Positions 15,620-23,788 of a DNA stretch of 32,525 nt are shown here, in pieces. Under the pieces are notes generated by a model. It saw only the letters and a list, made by a program, of their open reading frames with translations, had not been told where the DNA came from and did not search any database. The DNA is from Acidimicrobiia bacterium. GTDB lineage: Bacteria; Actinomycetota; Acidimicrobiia; Acidimicrobiales; Ilumatobacteraceae. The stretch's first letter is position 1, and each line of letters begins with the position of its first letter. Both the position numbers and the translations under genes were made by a program. The DNA is taken from positions 1 to 32,525 of the forward strand of contig RHCK01000001.1 of the NCBI GenBank assembly GCA_010030605.1. The letters run 5' to 3'.

Positions 15620-16414
15620 TCACCGGCCGAGCGGCAACAACGCTTCGATGGCGCGTTCGATCATCAGCGGTAGGGGATCGCGGTCGACGAGCGCGACACC
15701 GATGGTCTCGGGTCGATGGCGATCGACCGTTTCGGCGAGTTGACGCGTGATCGACGCGACGTCGCCGGCGATGGACCACTCGTCGGAGACGCCTCCGAAT
15801 CGTGCGGACACGCACAAGTTCACATGAATCGGGCGAATCGAGCGGGCTTCGCGAACCGCTCCCTCGGCCGAGTCCGCCGTGAACCCGGAAAGAAACACTC
15901 CGTCGGCGATTCGTGATGCGAGTCGGTTCAGCTGTGGGCCTCGCGCGCCGACGTATTGGGCCACCATTCGTGGTGGTGCGGCGTGCTCTGGCGTGATGTA
16001 ACGGTCGGATGTGCGACCGGCCATCACATCGGTGGCGATCTCGATGGCATCGCGAACAACGGCCACCGGTTTGTCGGTGGCCAGCGAGAACGGTCCGAGC
16101 GACTCGTGGCCCCCGACACCCCAACCGAGCATCATGCGGCCGCTGCTCAGTTCATCGATCGTCATGGCCGTCGAGGCGACGGCTCCGGGGTGTCGCAAGA
16201 GAGGAGACGTGATGCCCACACCGAGTCGGATTCGCCGTGTCACGGTGGCCGCGGCGGCTAACAGGGCGAATGGTTCTCGTGCGACTCCCTCGTCGGCGAC
16301 CCACACTTCGTCGATTCCCGCGGCATCGAGAGAGCAAATCGCGGCCACGATGTCCGAGGCCGCGACATTCGGATAGATCCAAACCGCGGTGCGCACCCGC
16401 CTACCATTCCACAT
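15620..16414 (-). CDS. LLM-class (luciferase-like) flavin/F420-dependent oxidoreductase
   Basis: TIM-barrel LLM-like translation (VWVADEGVAREPFALLAAAATVTRRIRLGVGITSPLLRHP...). Start is ATG 16414, or GTG 16396 (VRTAVWIYP), which is preceded by AATGGT plus 6 nt. Confidence 0.8.
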   Translation of the reverse strand: MWNGRRVRTAVWIYPNVAASDIVAAICSLDAAGIDEVWVADEGVAREPFALLAAAATVTRRIRLGVGITSPLLRHPGAVASTAMTIDELSSGRMMLGWGVGGHESLGPFSLATDKPVAVVRDAIEIATDVMAGRTSDRYITPEHAAPPRMVAQYVGARGPQLNRLASRIADGVFLSGFTADSAEGAVREARSIRPIHVNLCVSARFGGVSDEWSIAGDVASITRQLAETVDRHRPETIGVALVDRDPLPLMIERAIEALLPLGR

Positions 16415-16443
16415 CGGAGCGGTGACGACGAACAGGAGAGCTC

Positions 16444-17697
16444 GTGACGCAGGCGAACACGTCCAGATGGTTGACGAATGGTCGCCTCGCGAATGGCTCG
16501 ACGGTCGACATCGAAGTGGTCGACGGCGCAATCGCCTCGGTGATGCCCGGTTCTCCCGAGCGTCGTGGGACGGACTTGGACGGCTGGCTCGTCGTTCCGT
16601 CGTTGGGTGAGCCCCATGCCCATCTCGACAAGGCTCTCACGGCCGAGCGCGTTCCCAATCCGGCCGGTGACCTGATGGGCGCGATCCATGCGTGGGTGGC
16701 GGCCGAGCAACGCGGTGAGTTCGGGCTGGACGAGATGACGGCACGAGCGACGTTGGCCGTGCGAAAGCTCGTGGCCAACGGCGTCACGAACATACGAACA
16801 CATGTGAACGTGGGGGAGAGCGATGCGACGCACGTTCACCTGCGAGCAGTCATGGCGGCGCGCGCTGCGACCCGCCATCTGGCCGACATCCAGATCGTGG
16901 CGTTGATGCACTCACCCTTGGCCGGTTCGGACGGTGCCGGGAATCGACGAGCGCTCCGGGAAGCGTTGCAATTGGGTGCCGATCTGGTGGGCGGTTGTCC
17001 CCATCTCGAAGACGACGGCGACGGAATGATTCGTGAAGCGATGGCGGCCGCGCTCGAAGCCGGAGTGGGCATGGATCTGCACGTCGACGAAACCCTTGAT
17101 CCGAAGATGTTGACGTTACGGGATCTCGCGCGTCGCGTGTCGGAGATCGGATTTCCGCATCCGGTGACCGCGAGCCACTGCGTGAGTCTGTCGGTGCAAC
17201 CCGTGGACGTTCAGCGACGCATCGCCTCCGAGGTGGCGGCGGCCGGAATCGGAGTGGTTCCGTTGCCACCAACCAACCTCTTCTTGCAAGGCCGCGAGCA
17301 GCCGTCGTCCATGCCACGCGGAATCGCTCCCATCGACGTTTTGCGGTCGGCGGGCGTGGAGGTGGCGCTCGGCGGCGACAACGTTCAGGATCCGTTCAAT
17401 CCCGTCGGGCGTAGTGATCCGTTCGAGACCGCGGCGTTGGCGGTGATGGCATCTCATCAATTGCCCGGAGATGCCTTCCATCTTGTTTCCAACGGAGTCC
17501 GCAAGGTGTTGGGATTGGGCGCCGTCGAGTTGACGTTGGGTCGTCCGGCAAACCCCATGCCTGCCGACTTCTTGGTGGTGAACGCCGCCTCGGTGCGCGA
17601 GGCGATCGCGGATGCGCCGGCGGATCGGCGAGTGTTCAAGGGTGGAGTCGAGGTCGCCGTGACCACCACCACGCGTCGCTTCAACGATCGCTCCTGA
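16444..17697 (+). CDS. Amidohydrolase-superfamily deaminase, cytosine deaminase (CodA)-like
   Basis: Metal-binding HxH (GEPHAHLD) followed by ...NGVTNIRTHVNVGE, matching the layout of E. coli CodA. GTG 16444 follows AGGAGAG (SD). Confidence 0.8.
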   Translation: MTQANTSRWLTNGRLANGSTVDIEVVDGAIASVMPGSPERRGTDLDGWLVVPSLGEPHAHLDKALTAERVPNPAGDLMGAIHAWVAAEQRGEFGLDEMTARATLAVRKLVANGVTNIRTHVNVGESDATHVHLRAVMAARAATRHLADIQIVALMHSPLAGSDGAGNRRALREALQLGADLVGGCPHLEDDGDGMIREAMAAALEAGVGMDLHVDETLDPKMLTLRDLARRVSEIGFPHPVTASHCVSLSVQPVDVQRRIASEVAAAGIGVVPLPPTNLFLQGREQPSSMPRGIAPIDVLRSAGVEVALGGDNVQDPFNPVGRSDPFETAALAVMASHQLPGDAFHLVSNGVRKVLGLGAVELTLGRPANPMPADFLVVNAASVREAIADAPADRRVFKGGVEVAVTTTTRRFNDRS

Positions 17698-17757
17698 TCG
17701 CGCCGAGTGGCGGTGGTACTCTCGGGTCGTTCGGGGACATTCGGTTTGGAGGGTCGT

Positions 17758-18918
17758 ATGAAAGTCGGCGCGTTCTTCTTCGGTGGAGTCGAGATGGACG
17801 ACGCCGGTGGTGGACCGCCCGCGCCCCTCGATCGCCGCTATTCCAACGAGCACATGTGGAAGGCCACGCTGGATTACGTGAACTCCGCCATCGAGGCTGA
17901 TCGTTTGGGATATGACTCGTTCTGGACCACCGAACATCACTTCCAGTACGAGGGCTACGAGGTCATCCCGAACGGTTTGTTGATTTCGGCGTGGATCGCC
18001 GCGCAGACGAAGCGGATCAAGTTGGGTGCGATGTTCAACGTCGTTCCTCAGTGGAACCCGCTTCGTCTGGCCGAAGACTTCGCCACGTTGCACAACCTGT
18101 CGGGTGGTCGAGGTGTTCTGGGTGTTGGTCGTGGAACGGTTCCCCGTGAGGTTTTGCACCTCAACGAAAAGGGCGTCTCGATCGGCTCGCACGACAACCC
18201 CGAGAAGTCGGCCGACGACGAACTGAACCGCGAGGTTTTCGAGGAGTCGATGGAGATCGTTCGCCGAGCTCTCGACAACGAGACGTTCGCGTTCTCGGGC
18301 AAGCACTTCCAGATTCCGCTGCCCGGCATTCCCGATCGCGGGAGCACCGTTCAGCACTTGACGTTGGTTCCTCGTCCGATTTACCCGTACGAAATTTGGC
18401 AGGCGGTCACCAGTCCGCCGACGCTCGATTACGTGGCCCGCATCGGACATTCCGCGGTGTTCTGGAATCAGCACTACAGCTTCATCAAGAGGTTCTGGGA
18501 CACCTATGCCGAGAAGCAGGAGGCGGCCATGGGTGTCGCGCCGGCGTCGGGCAAGAAGCGAATGCTCGTGATCTCCGTTCGCATCGAGGACTCGTATGAG
18601 AAGGCCTGGCAAAGCGCGACGCCCGGTCACGACGAGTTCTGGAAGTTCCTCGGTCCGTACGGTTGGAGTCGTGGCTACATGGGTGAGGACGGCAAACCAG
18701 CCAAGCCCGGACTCATCCCGACGTTGCAGGAGTCGGTCGACAACAAGACCATTCTTCTCGGAACTCCGGAGCAAGTGGCCGAAGGTGTGCAGTTCTACAA
18801 GGACCTGCTGGGCCTCGAGTACATCACGATCTTCCCGCACATGCTCGGCGACTCCTACAAGAAGGCCGACGAGCAGATGGCGCGCTTCATGAACGAGGTC
18901 ATGCCGCTCGTCAAGTGA
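17758..18918 (+). CDS. LLM-class flavin-dependent monooxygenase/oxidoreductase
   Basis: MKVGAFFFGG...FWTTEHHF...GRGVLGVGRG motifs typical of luciferase-like monooxygenases. ATG 17758 follows GGAGGG (SD). Confidence 0.82.
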   Translation: MKVGAFFFGGVEMDDAGGGPPAPLDRRYSNEHMWKATLDYVNSAIEADRLGYDSFWTTEHHFQYEGYEVIPNGLLISAWIAAQTKRIKLGAMFNVVPQWNPLRLAEDFATLHNLSGGRGVLGVGRGTVPREVLHLNEKGVSIGSHDNPEKSADDELNREVFEESMEIVRRALDNETFAFSGKHFQIPLPGIPDRGSTVQHLTLVPRPIYPYEIWQAVTSPPTLDYVARIGHSAVFWNQHYSFIKRFWDTYAEKQEAAMGVAPASGKKRMLVISVRIEDSYEKAWQSATPGHDEFWKFLGPYGWSRGYMGEDGKPAKPGLIPTLQESVDNKTILLGTPEQVAEGVQFYKDLLGLEYITIFPHMLGDSYKKADEQMARFMNEVMPLVK

Positions 18919-19681
18919 TCGACCAGAGTCCGTTGTGTTCGCACACCGTGCGCAACACCGCGGGCTCATCGGTCATGATTCCGTGCACGCCCAGATCGAC
19001 CAAGCGTTGTATTTCGCCGGGATGATCGATGGTCCACACGTGAACGGGAACACCCGCCTCGCGAGCCAGACGAAGTGTTCGCTCCGATGTGACCGTGATC
19101 GGGCCCTGCGACACGGGCACCTGGAAACACGATGGACCAACGGGCACCCGACCCAGCAACCATGACACGACCTCGCGCGGACTGGCGCTGGTGCACACGT
19201 CGCGACCGAGGGCCCTTCTCACGCGCGTCAGGCGACGGTGGCTGAACGATCCGACGCACACTCGATCGAGAGACGAAGTGCGTCGCAGAGTGGCGATCAA
19301 TGGATCGACCGTGGCGTCGGCCTTGGCATCGATGTTGATGCGCGCGTCGGGGAACTCCTCGAGGAGATCGGTCAGCAGAGGGATGGGTTCTCGCCCGTCG
19401 ACTCGCGCGTCGGCGACCTGGCGATGAGTCATTTCACTGATGCGACCGGGCACTCCACAGGTACGACGCAGGTCATCGTCGTGGAACGCGACCAAGTGTC
19501 CGTCGGCGGTCAGTTGAACGTCGGTTTCCAAGTACGTGTAGCCGAGCGACACGGCGTGACGAAAGGCCGGAAGCGTGTTCTCGGGCCAGTCGCTGGTCCC
19601 TCCGCGATGGGCGAACGGTATGAACCCACCGTCTCGGTGGGGGTGCAGATACGGATGGTCGTGTCTCGGCATCAACGTCAC
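18911..19681 (-). CDS. Glycerophosphodiester phosphodiesterase (GDPD) family protein
   Basis: FAHRGG, ENTLPAF and LETDVQLTADGHLVAFHD motifs. Start is GTG 19681 (GATACT plus 7 nt upstream) or ATG 19672. The 3' end overlaps the convergent LLM gene by 8 nt. Confidence 0.82.
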   Translation of the reverse strand: MTLMPRHDHPYLHPHRDGGFIPFAHRGGTSDWPENTLPAFRHAVSLGYTYLETDVQLTADGHLVAFHDDDLRRTCGVPGRISEMTHRQVADARVDGREPIPLLTDLLEEFPDARINIDAKADATVDPLIATLRRTSSLDRVCVGSFSHRRLTRVRRALGRDVCTSASPREVVSWLLGRVPVGPSCFQVPVSQGPITVTSERTLRLAREAGVPVHVWTIDHPGEIQRLVDLGVHGIMTDEPAVLRTVCEHNGLWSIT

Positions 19682-19716
19682 GACGTCAAGTATCGCCGAC
19701 GTCAGGACGTCGAGTA
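19669..19716. repeat. Imperfect 24-bp tandem repeat (minus strand TACTYGACGTCSTGACGTYG...) overlapping the GDPD start region
   Basis: Units 19693-19716 and 19669-19692 match at about 18 of 24 positions. The ACGTC core occurs five times within 19675-19738. Confidence 0.7.
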
Positions 19717-19739
19717 CCTCCGAACCCGCCGGACGTCTC

Positions 19740-21290
19740 TCAAATCGAGCGACCGGCGTTCTTCCAGTATTCGTCCTTCAGGAGACGCTTGTAGAGCTTG
19801 CCCGTTGGATGTCGGGGTAGTTCCGCGCGGAAGTCGATGCTGCGCGGACACTTCACGTCGGCCAGTTGCGACTTGCAGTACGCGATGAGCTCCAGCTCCA
19901 GGGCCCGAGCGGCCTCGGCGGATTCGGGCATCGAGACCGGTTGAACGACGGCCTTCACCTCTTCGCCGAAGTCATCGTTCGGGACGCCGAACACGGCGAC
20001 ATCGATCACCTTGGGATGCGTGACGAGCGCGTTCTCGGCTTCTTGGGGATAAATGTTCACGCCGCCGGAGATGATCATGTAGGCCTTGCGATCGGTCAGG
20101 AAGAGGCAGCCATTGTCGTTGAGATAACCAACGTCTCCGAGCGTGCTCCAACCCTTGGGATGGCGCGAACTCTTCGTCTTTTCGGCGTCGTTGTGGTACT
20201 CGAACGTCGCTCCTCCCTCGAAGAAGATGGTCCCGCTCTCGTAGTTCGGCAACTCCTCGCCGTCGTCTCCGCAGATGTGAATGGTGCATCCGATCGGCAC
20301 GCCCACGGTGCCTTCGTTGGCGAGCCAAAGATCACTGCCGCAATAGACGAAGCCGTTCCCTTCGGTACCCGCGTAGTACTCGTGGATGATTCTCCCGAAC
20401 CATTCGATCATTTGCTTCTTGACCGGGATGGGACAGGGCGCCGCCGCGTGGATGACTGCCCGGAGCGACGAGACGTTGTACTTCGATCGCACGCTCTCGT
20501 CGAGTTTGAGCAATCGCACGAACATCGTCGGCACCACCTGGGTGTGGGTGACCTTGTTCTCCTGAACGGCTCTCAGGAACTGCTCGGGATCGAAGTGCTC
20601 CATGACCACCGCGGTGCACCCCATGCTCTGGGCGGCCATGGTGAAGCGCAGTGGGGCGGCGTGGTACAGCGGGGCGGGGGTCAGATACACGCTGTCGAAG
20701 GACGCACCGAACAACATGGCGAGCGTTGGGGCCACCGAGGTGGGGGTCGTTTCCAGCGGCACGTCGACGAAGGGCTTCGTCACTCCCTTGGGCAATCCGG
20801 TCGTGCCGGAGGAGTACAACATGTCGGTCCCGGCGACTCGTTGGGGGAGCGGCGTCGCGGGTTGTTGTGCGACGGCATCCTCGTAGCTCTCGTAACCGGG
20901 AACGGTGCCATCGAGCATCAATCGCATCTCGAGATTCGACGTGTCGGCGATGATCTCGGTCGCCTGATCGGCCTTGTATTTCGACGTGATGAAAATTCGA
21001 GCACCACAGTCGTTGATGATGTAGGCCAGTTCCTTGCTGGTGAGTCGAGACGATGCCGCGGTGTACACGACACCGGCGTACTGGCAGCCCCACAAGATCT
21101 CGAGGTAGCGGTCGTGGTTCTCGAGGCACAAGGCCACGTGGTCGCCGGGCTTGAGGCCGGCCGAACGGAGAAGGTGGGAGAGTCTGTTGGCCGCGGCATC
21201 CAGTTCGGCGAACGTTTGCCGATAACCCGATCCGGTCATGACCATGGCGAGTTTGTCGGGATGAGTGAGTGCATGCGCTCCGAGGTACAT
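19740..21290 (-). CDS. Acyl-CoA synthetase / AMP-dependent ligase (FadD-like)
   Basis: AMP-binding motif MLYSSGTTGLPKGV, then YYAGTEG and GDVGYLNDNGCLFLTDRKAYMIISGGVNIYPQE. ATG 21290 (MYLGAHALTHPDK...) chosen; the upstream ORF extension to 21569 is Arg-rich. Confidence 0.9.
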   Translation of the reverse strand: MYLGAHALTHPDKLAMVMTGSGYRQTFAELDAAANRLSHLLRSAGLKPGDHVALCLENHDRYLEILWGCQYAGVVYTAASSRLTSKELAYIINDCGARIFITSKYKADQATEIIADTSNLEMRLMLDGTVPGYESYEDAVAQQPATPLPQRVAGTDMLYSSGTTGLPKGVTKPFVDVPLETTPTSVAPTLAMLFGASFDSVYLTPAPLYHAAPLRFTMAAQSMGCTAVVMEHFDPEQFLRAVQENKVTHTQVVPTMFVRLLKLDESVRSKYNVSSLRAVIHAAAPCPIPVKKQMIEWFGRIIHEYYAGTEGNGFVYCGSDLWLANEGTVGVPIGCTIHICGDDGEELPNYESGTIFFEGGATFEYHNDAEKTKSSRHPKGWSTLGDVGYLNDNGCLFLTDRKAYMIISGGVNIYPQEAENALVTHPKVIDVAVFGVPNDDFGEEVKAVVQPVSMPESAEAARALELELIAYCKSQLADVKCPRSIDFRAELPRHPTGKLYKRLLKDEYWKNAGRSI

Positions 21291-21297
21291 GGAGCGA

Positions 21298-21303
21298 AGA
21301 GTA
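21298..21303 (-). promoter_or_regulatory. Candidate -10 hexamer TACTCT (minus strand), 7 nt upstream of ATG 21290 (leaderless)
   Basis: Matches TANNNT. Confidence 0.35.
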
Positions 21304-21310
21304 GTGGGAG

Positions 21311-21316
21311 TACCAT
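21311..21316 (+). promoter_or_regulatory. Candidate -10 hexamer TACCAT, 7 nt upstream of GTG 21324 (leaderless)
   Basis: Matches TANNNT. Lies 7 bp from the divergent hexamer. Confidence 0.35.
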
Positions 21317-21323
21317 TCGCCGT

Positions 21324-22043
21324 GTGGGGTCGTCGACTCGGGATTCGGCGTGGGCCAAGCGTCGATTCTTGGACGAGGTCTCCGCGGGCGGTGACATCGC
21401 GCTCGACGAGTTGGCGATCCTGTTGCCGGCGGCGATCGGTGCCGTCCGGGAAGTCGATCTGGTGGGTGGTCTCACGCGCCTCGACGAAATGGCGGTGCGC
21501 GTCGAGATCCCGACGTTCGCCGGAGTGTGCCGCGCGCTGTTCTCCGCCGACTTCGGGTTGCGAGGTCATCGGGACGACTACTACGACCCGAACAATTCGT
21601 TCATCGAAACCGTGCTCGACACCGGTCGGGGTATTCCGATTTCTCTATCGGTCATCGCCATCGAGGTGGGACGTCGGGTGGGCGTCGACATCGTCGGTGT
21701 GGGGATGCCCGGTCATTTCCTGATCGCCGAACGCCCCGACACGGGAATCATCCCCGAACTTTTCGCCGATCCGTTCCATGGCGACGCACTCTTGGATCGG
21801 CGGGGATGTGCCGACCTTTTTGCTCGCCTGTTGGGGGCGGCTCAGCAGTTCGACGTTCGCTTCCTGGCCGTGACACCGCCGATGTCGATCGTCGAGCGCA
21901 TGTTGAACAACCTGAAGGCGATTTATCTTCGCAACGGAGATCTGGCGCGCTTGCGCGGCGTCATGTCGCTTCGAGCGGCGTTCCCCGGTCTGGGGCGGGC
22001 CGAATCCGACGAGTTCCGTCGACTCATGGCACCGTTCAACTGA
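21324..22043 (+). CDS. SirB1/transglutaminase-like family protein (UPF0162-like with TPR-like C-terminus)
   Basis: Only the C-terminal ~240 aa of the 725-aa ORF 19866..22043 are credible: DYYDPNNSFIETVLDTGRGIPISLSVIAIEVGRRVGVDIVGVGMPGHFLI. The rest is antisense to the FadD-like gene. Start GTG 21324 is inferred. Confidence 0.72.
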   Translation: MGSSTRDSAWAKRRFLDEVSAGGDIALDELAILLPAAIGAVREVDLVGGLTRLDEMAVRVEIPTFAGVCRALFSADFGLRGHRDDYYDPNNSFIETVLDTGRGIPISLSVIAIEVGRRVGVDIVGVGMPGHFLIAERPDTGIIPELFADPFHGDALLDRRGCADLFARLLGAAQQFDVRFLAVTPPMSIVERMLNNLKAIYLRNGDLARLRGVMSLRAAFPGLGRAESDEFRRLMAPFN

Positions 22044-22107
22044 GCAAATTCGGGGGCGACTGCACCATTTCGATGCTCCCGATACGGGGTCGATCGATCG
22101 CCTTCGG

Positions 22108-22113
22108 TAGGTT
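22108..22113 (+). promoter_or_regulatory. Candidate -10 hexamer TAGGTT, 6 nt upstream of ATG 22120 (leaderless)
   Basis: Matches TANNNT. Confidence 0.35.
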
Positions 22114-22119
22114 TTTCGC

Positions 22120-23325
22120 ATGACCGCCACCGCCACTCTCACCGCCGACGAACAGAAGGTGTCGTCGCTCATCGACGAACTGCTGTCCGAATTTCCGCCC
22201 CGATCAACCGACCCGGCGACCTTTCTCGGTGCGCAGTTCGACAAGGGTCTCGCCTGGGTGCATTTCGAGCCGGGACACGGCGGTCTCGGGTTGAATCCAA
22301 AGTTGCAACGTTCCATCAACGAGCGTCTGTTCGCGGCCGGTGCACCCAATCCCGTCGCACGCAACCCCATTGGTCACGGAATGTGCGGACCGACCGTCGC
22401 GGTGTGGGGTTCGGCCGAACAGAAGAAGCGGTACCTGCGTCCGCTCTTCACGGGCGAAGAGGTCTGGTGCCAGTTGTTCTCGGAGCCCGGCAGTGGTTCG
22501 GACTTCGCCGGCTTGTCCGCCAAAGGCATCAAGGACGGCGACGAATGGATCATGAACGGGCAGAAGGTCTGGACCACCTTGGCGCATCTGTCGCGATTCG
22601 GCCTGCTCATCGTTCGCACCGATCCCGAGGCGGTGAAGCACGCCGGACTCACGGCCTTCGTCGTCGACATGCAGGCCCCCGGGGTCGAAGTTCGACCGTT
22701 GTACCAGATCACCGGCGAGGCCGAGTTCAACGAGGTCTATTTCACCGATGTTCGCGTGCCGAACCATGAGATGCTCGGCAACATCGGCGATGGATGGCGT
22801 GTCTCGCTGACCACCCTCATGAACGAGCGTGTTTCCATCGGTGGCGCGATCCCGGCCAAGGGTTCTGGTCCCATTCGTGATGCTCTGAAGGTTTGGAAAG
22901 AATTGCCCGCCGATCGTCGTGATTCCGCCACGCGCGACGAGTTGATGTCGTTGTGGATTCGCGCCGAGTTGTTGCGGCTCACGAACATTCGCGCGTCGCA
23001 GAATCGCAAGATGGGAGATCCGGGACCCGAGGGTTCGATCGCCAAGTTGGCCATGGCCGAGTTGAACAAGGACATCTATTCCTTCGCGGTGTCTCTGTTG
23101 GGTGCCGACGGGATGTTGTTCCCCAGCGGGTATCAGATGATTCGTCCCGAGCATGCGATGGGATTGGAGAACCCTCAGAAGGCCTTCCTTCGCAGCCGCG
23201 CCAACTCCATCGAGGGTGGCACCAGCGAGGTCATGCGCAACATCCTCGGCGAACGCGTTCTCGGATTGCCGGGAGATGTTCGCGTCGATCGTGACGTTGC
23301 CTGGAGCAAGGTGCCCCGCAACTGA
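22120..23325 (+). CDS. Acyl-CoA dehydrogenase family protein
   Basis: QLFSEPGSGSD, GQKVWTT and C-terminal IEGGTSEVMRNI motifs typical of ACADs. Confidence 0.9.
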   Translation: MTATATLTADEQKVSSLIDELLSEFPPRSTDPATFLGAQFDKGLAWVHFEPGHGGLGLNPKLQRSINERLFAAGAPNPVARNPIGHGMCGPTVAVWGSAEQKKRYLRPLFTGEEVWCQLFSEPGSGSDFAGLSAKGIKDGDEWIMNGQKVWTTLAHLSRFGLLIVRTDPEAVKHAGLTAFVVDMQAPGVEVRPLYQITGEAEFNEVYFTDVRVPNHEMLGNIGDGWRVSLTTLMNERVSIGGAIPAKGSGPIRDALKVWKELPADRRDSATRDELMSLWIRAELLRLTNIRASQNRKMGDPGPEGSIAKLAMAELNKDIYSFAVSLLGADGMLFPSGYQMIRPEHAMGLENPQKAFLRSRANSIEGGTSEVMRNILGERVLGLPGDVRVDRDVAWSKVPRN

Positions 23326-23342
23326 TGGTCGACGACCGCTGA

Positions 23343-23753
23343 TCAGCCGGCGGTTCGCAGCAACAGACCAATGAACATCGCGCCGAGTCCGGTGAGCAAT
23401 CCGAGCGCTCCGCCGAGAGCCAACGCCAGTTTGCTGCGTCCAAGTGAATGAATGGCCGCGAACATCGCGGTGGCGACCGCCAGCAACACGTGAACGAACA
23501 ACGTCACCTGATATTCGGTCGTCGTGTCCGAGATCGACACGTCGAGAATGTTCCAGATGCCGGTCACCATGGTCAGGGCGAACGCGGGCCAAGCGACACG
23601 TGCGAAGGCGTTGGCCGCGGTCTTCAAGCTGTCGGGATGTTCCGCGCGCAACCGCGGGACCAAACCTCCGAGAACGATTTGGCCTCCCACCCACACCGAG
23701 GCGGCGAGAACATGCAGGAAAAGGCGAATGGTGTCGACGTTCGGACTGAGCAT
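23343..23753 (-). CDS. Integral membrane protein, four predicted TM helices, CopD-like
   Basis: Hydrophobic 136-aa translation. The first helix, IRLFLHVLAASVWVGGQIVL, resembles CopD-type helices. Function unknown. Confidence 0.65.
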   Translation of the reverse strand: MLSPNVDTIRLFLHVLAASVWVGGQIVLGGLVPRLRAEHPDSLKTAANAFARVAWPAFALTMVTGIWNILDVSISDTTTEYQVTLFVHVLLAVATAMFAAIHSLGRSKLALALGGALGLLTGLGAMFIGLLLRTAG

Positions 23754-23788
23754 GCAATCAGCCTGCCATATCGAGGCGTTCGGACACG

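Noticed and set aside
17116-18969. 617-aa ORF on the minus strand
   Set aside because: It lies exactly antisense to the CodA-like and LLM genes. The translation is Arg/His/Gly-rich with no recognisable motifs, which is the usual open antisense frame of high-GC coding DNA.
19866-21323. N-terminal ~485 aa of the 725-aa plus-strand ORF 19866..22043
   Set aside because: It is antisense to the well-supported FadD-like gene and has a low-complexity Gly/Arg/Val-rich translation. Only the part from 21324 onward shows family motifs (SirB1/transglutaminase-like).
22204-23757. 517-aa minus-strand ORF
   Set aside because: It is antisense to the acyl-CoA dehydrogenase gene and out of frame over the CopD-like gene. 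No motifs, Arg-rich composition.
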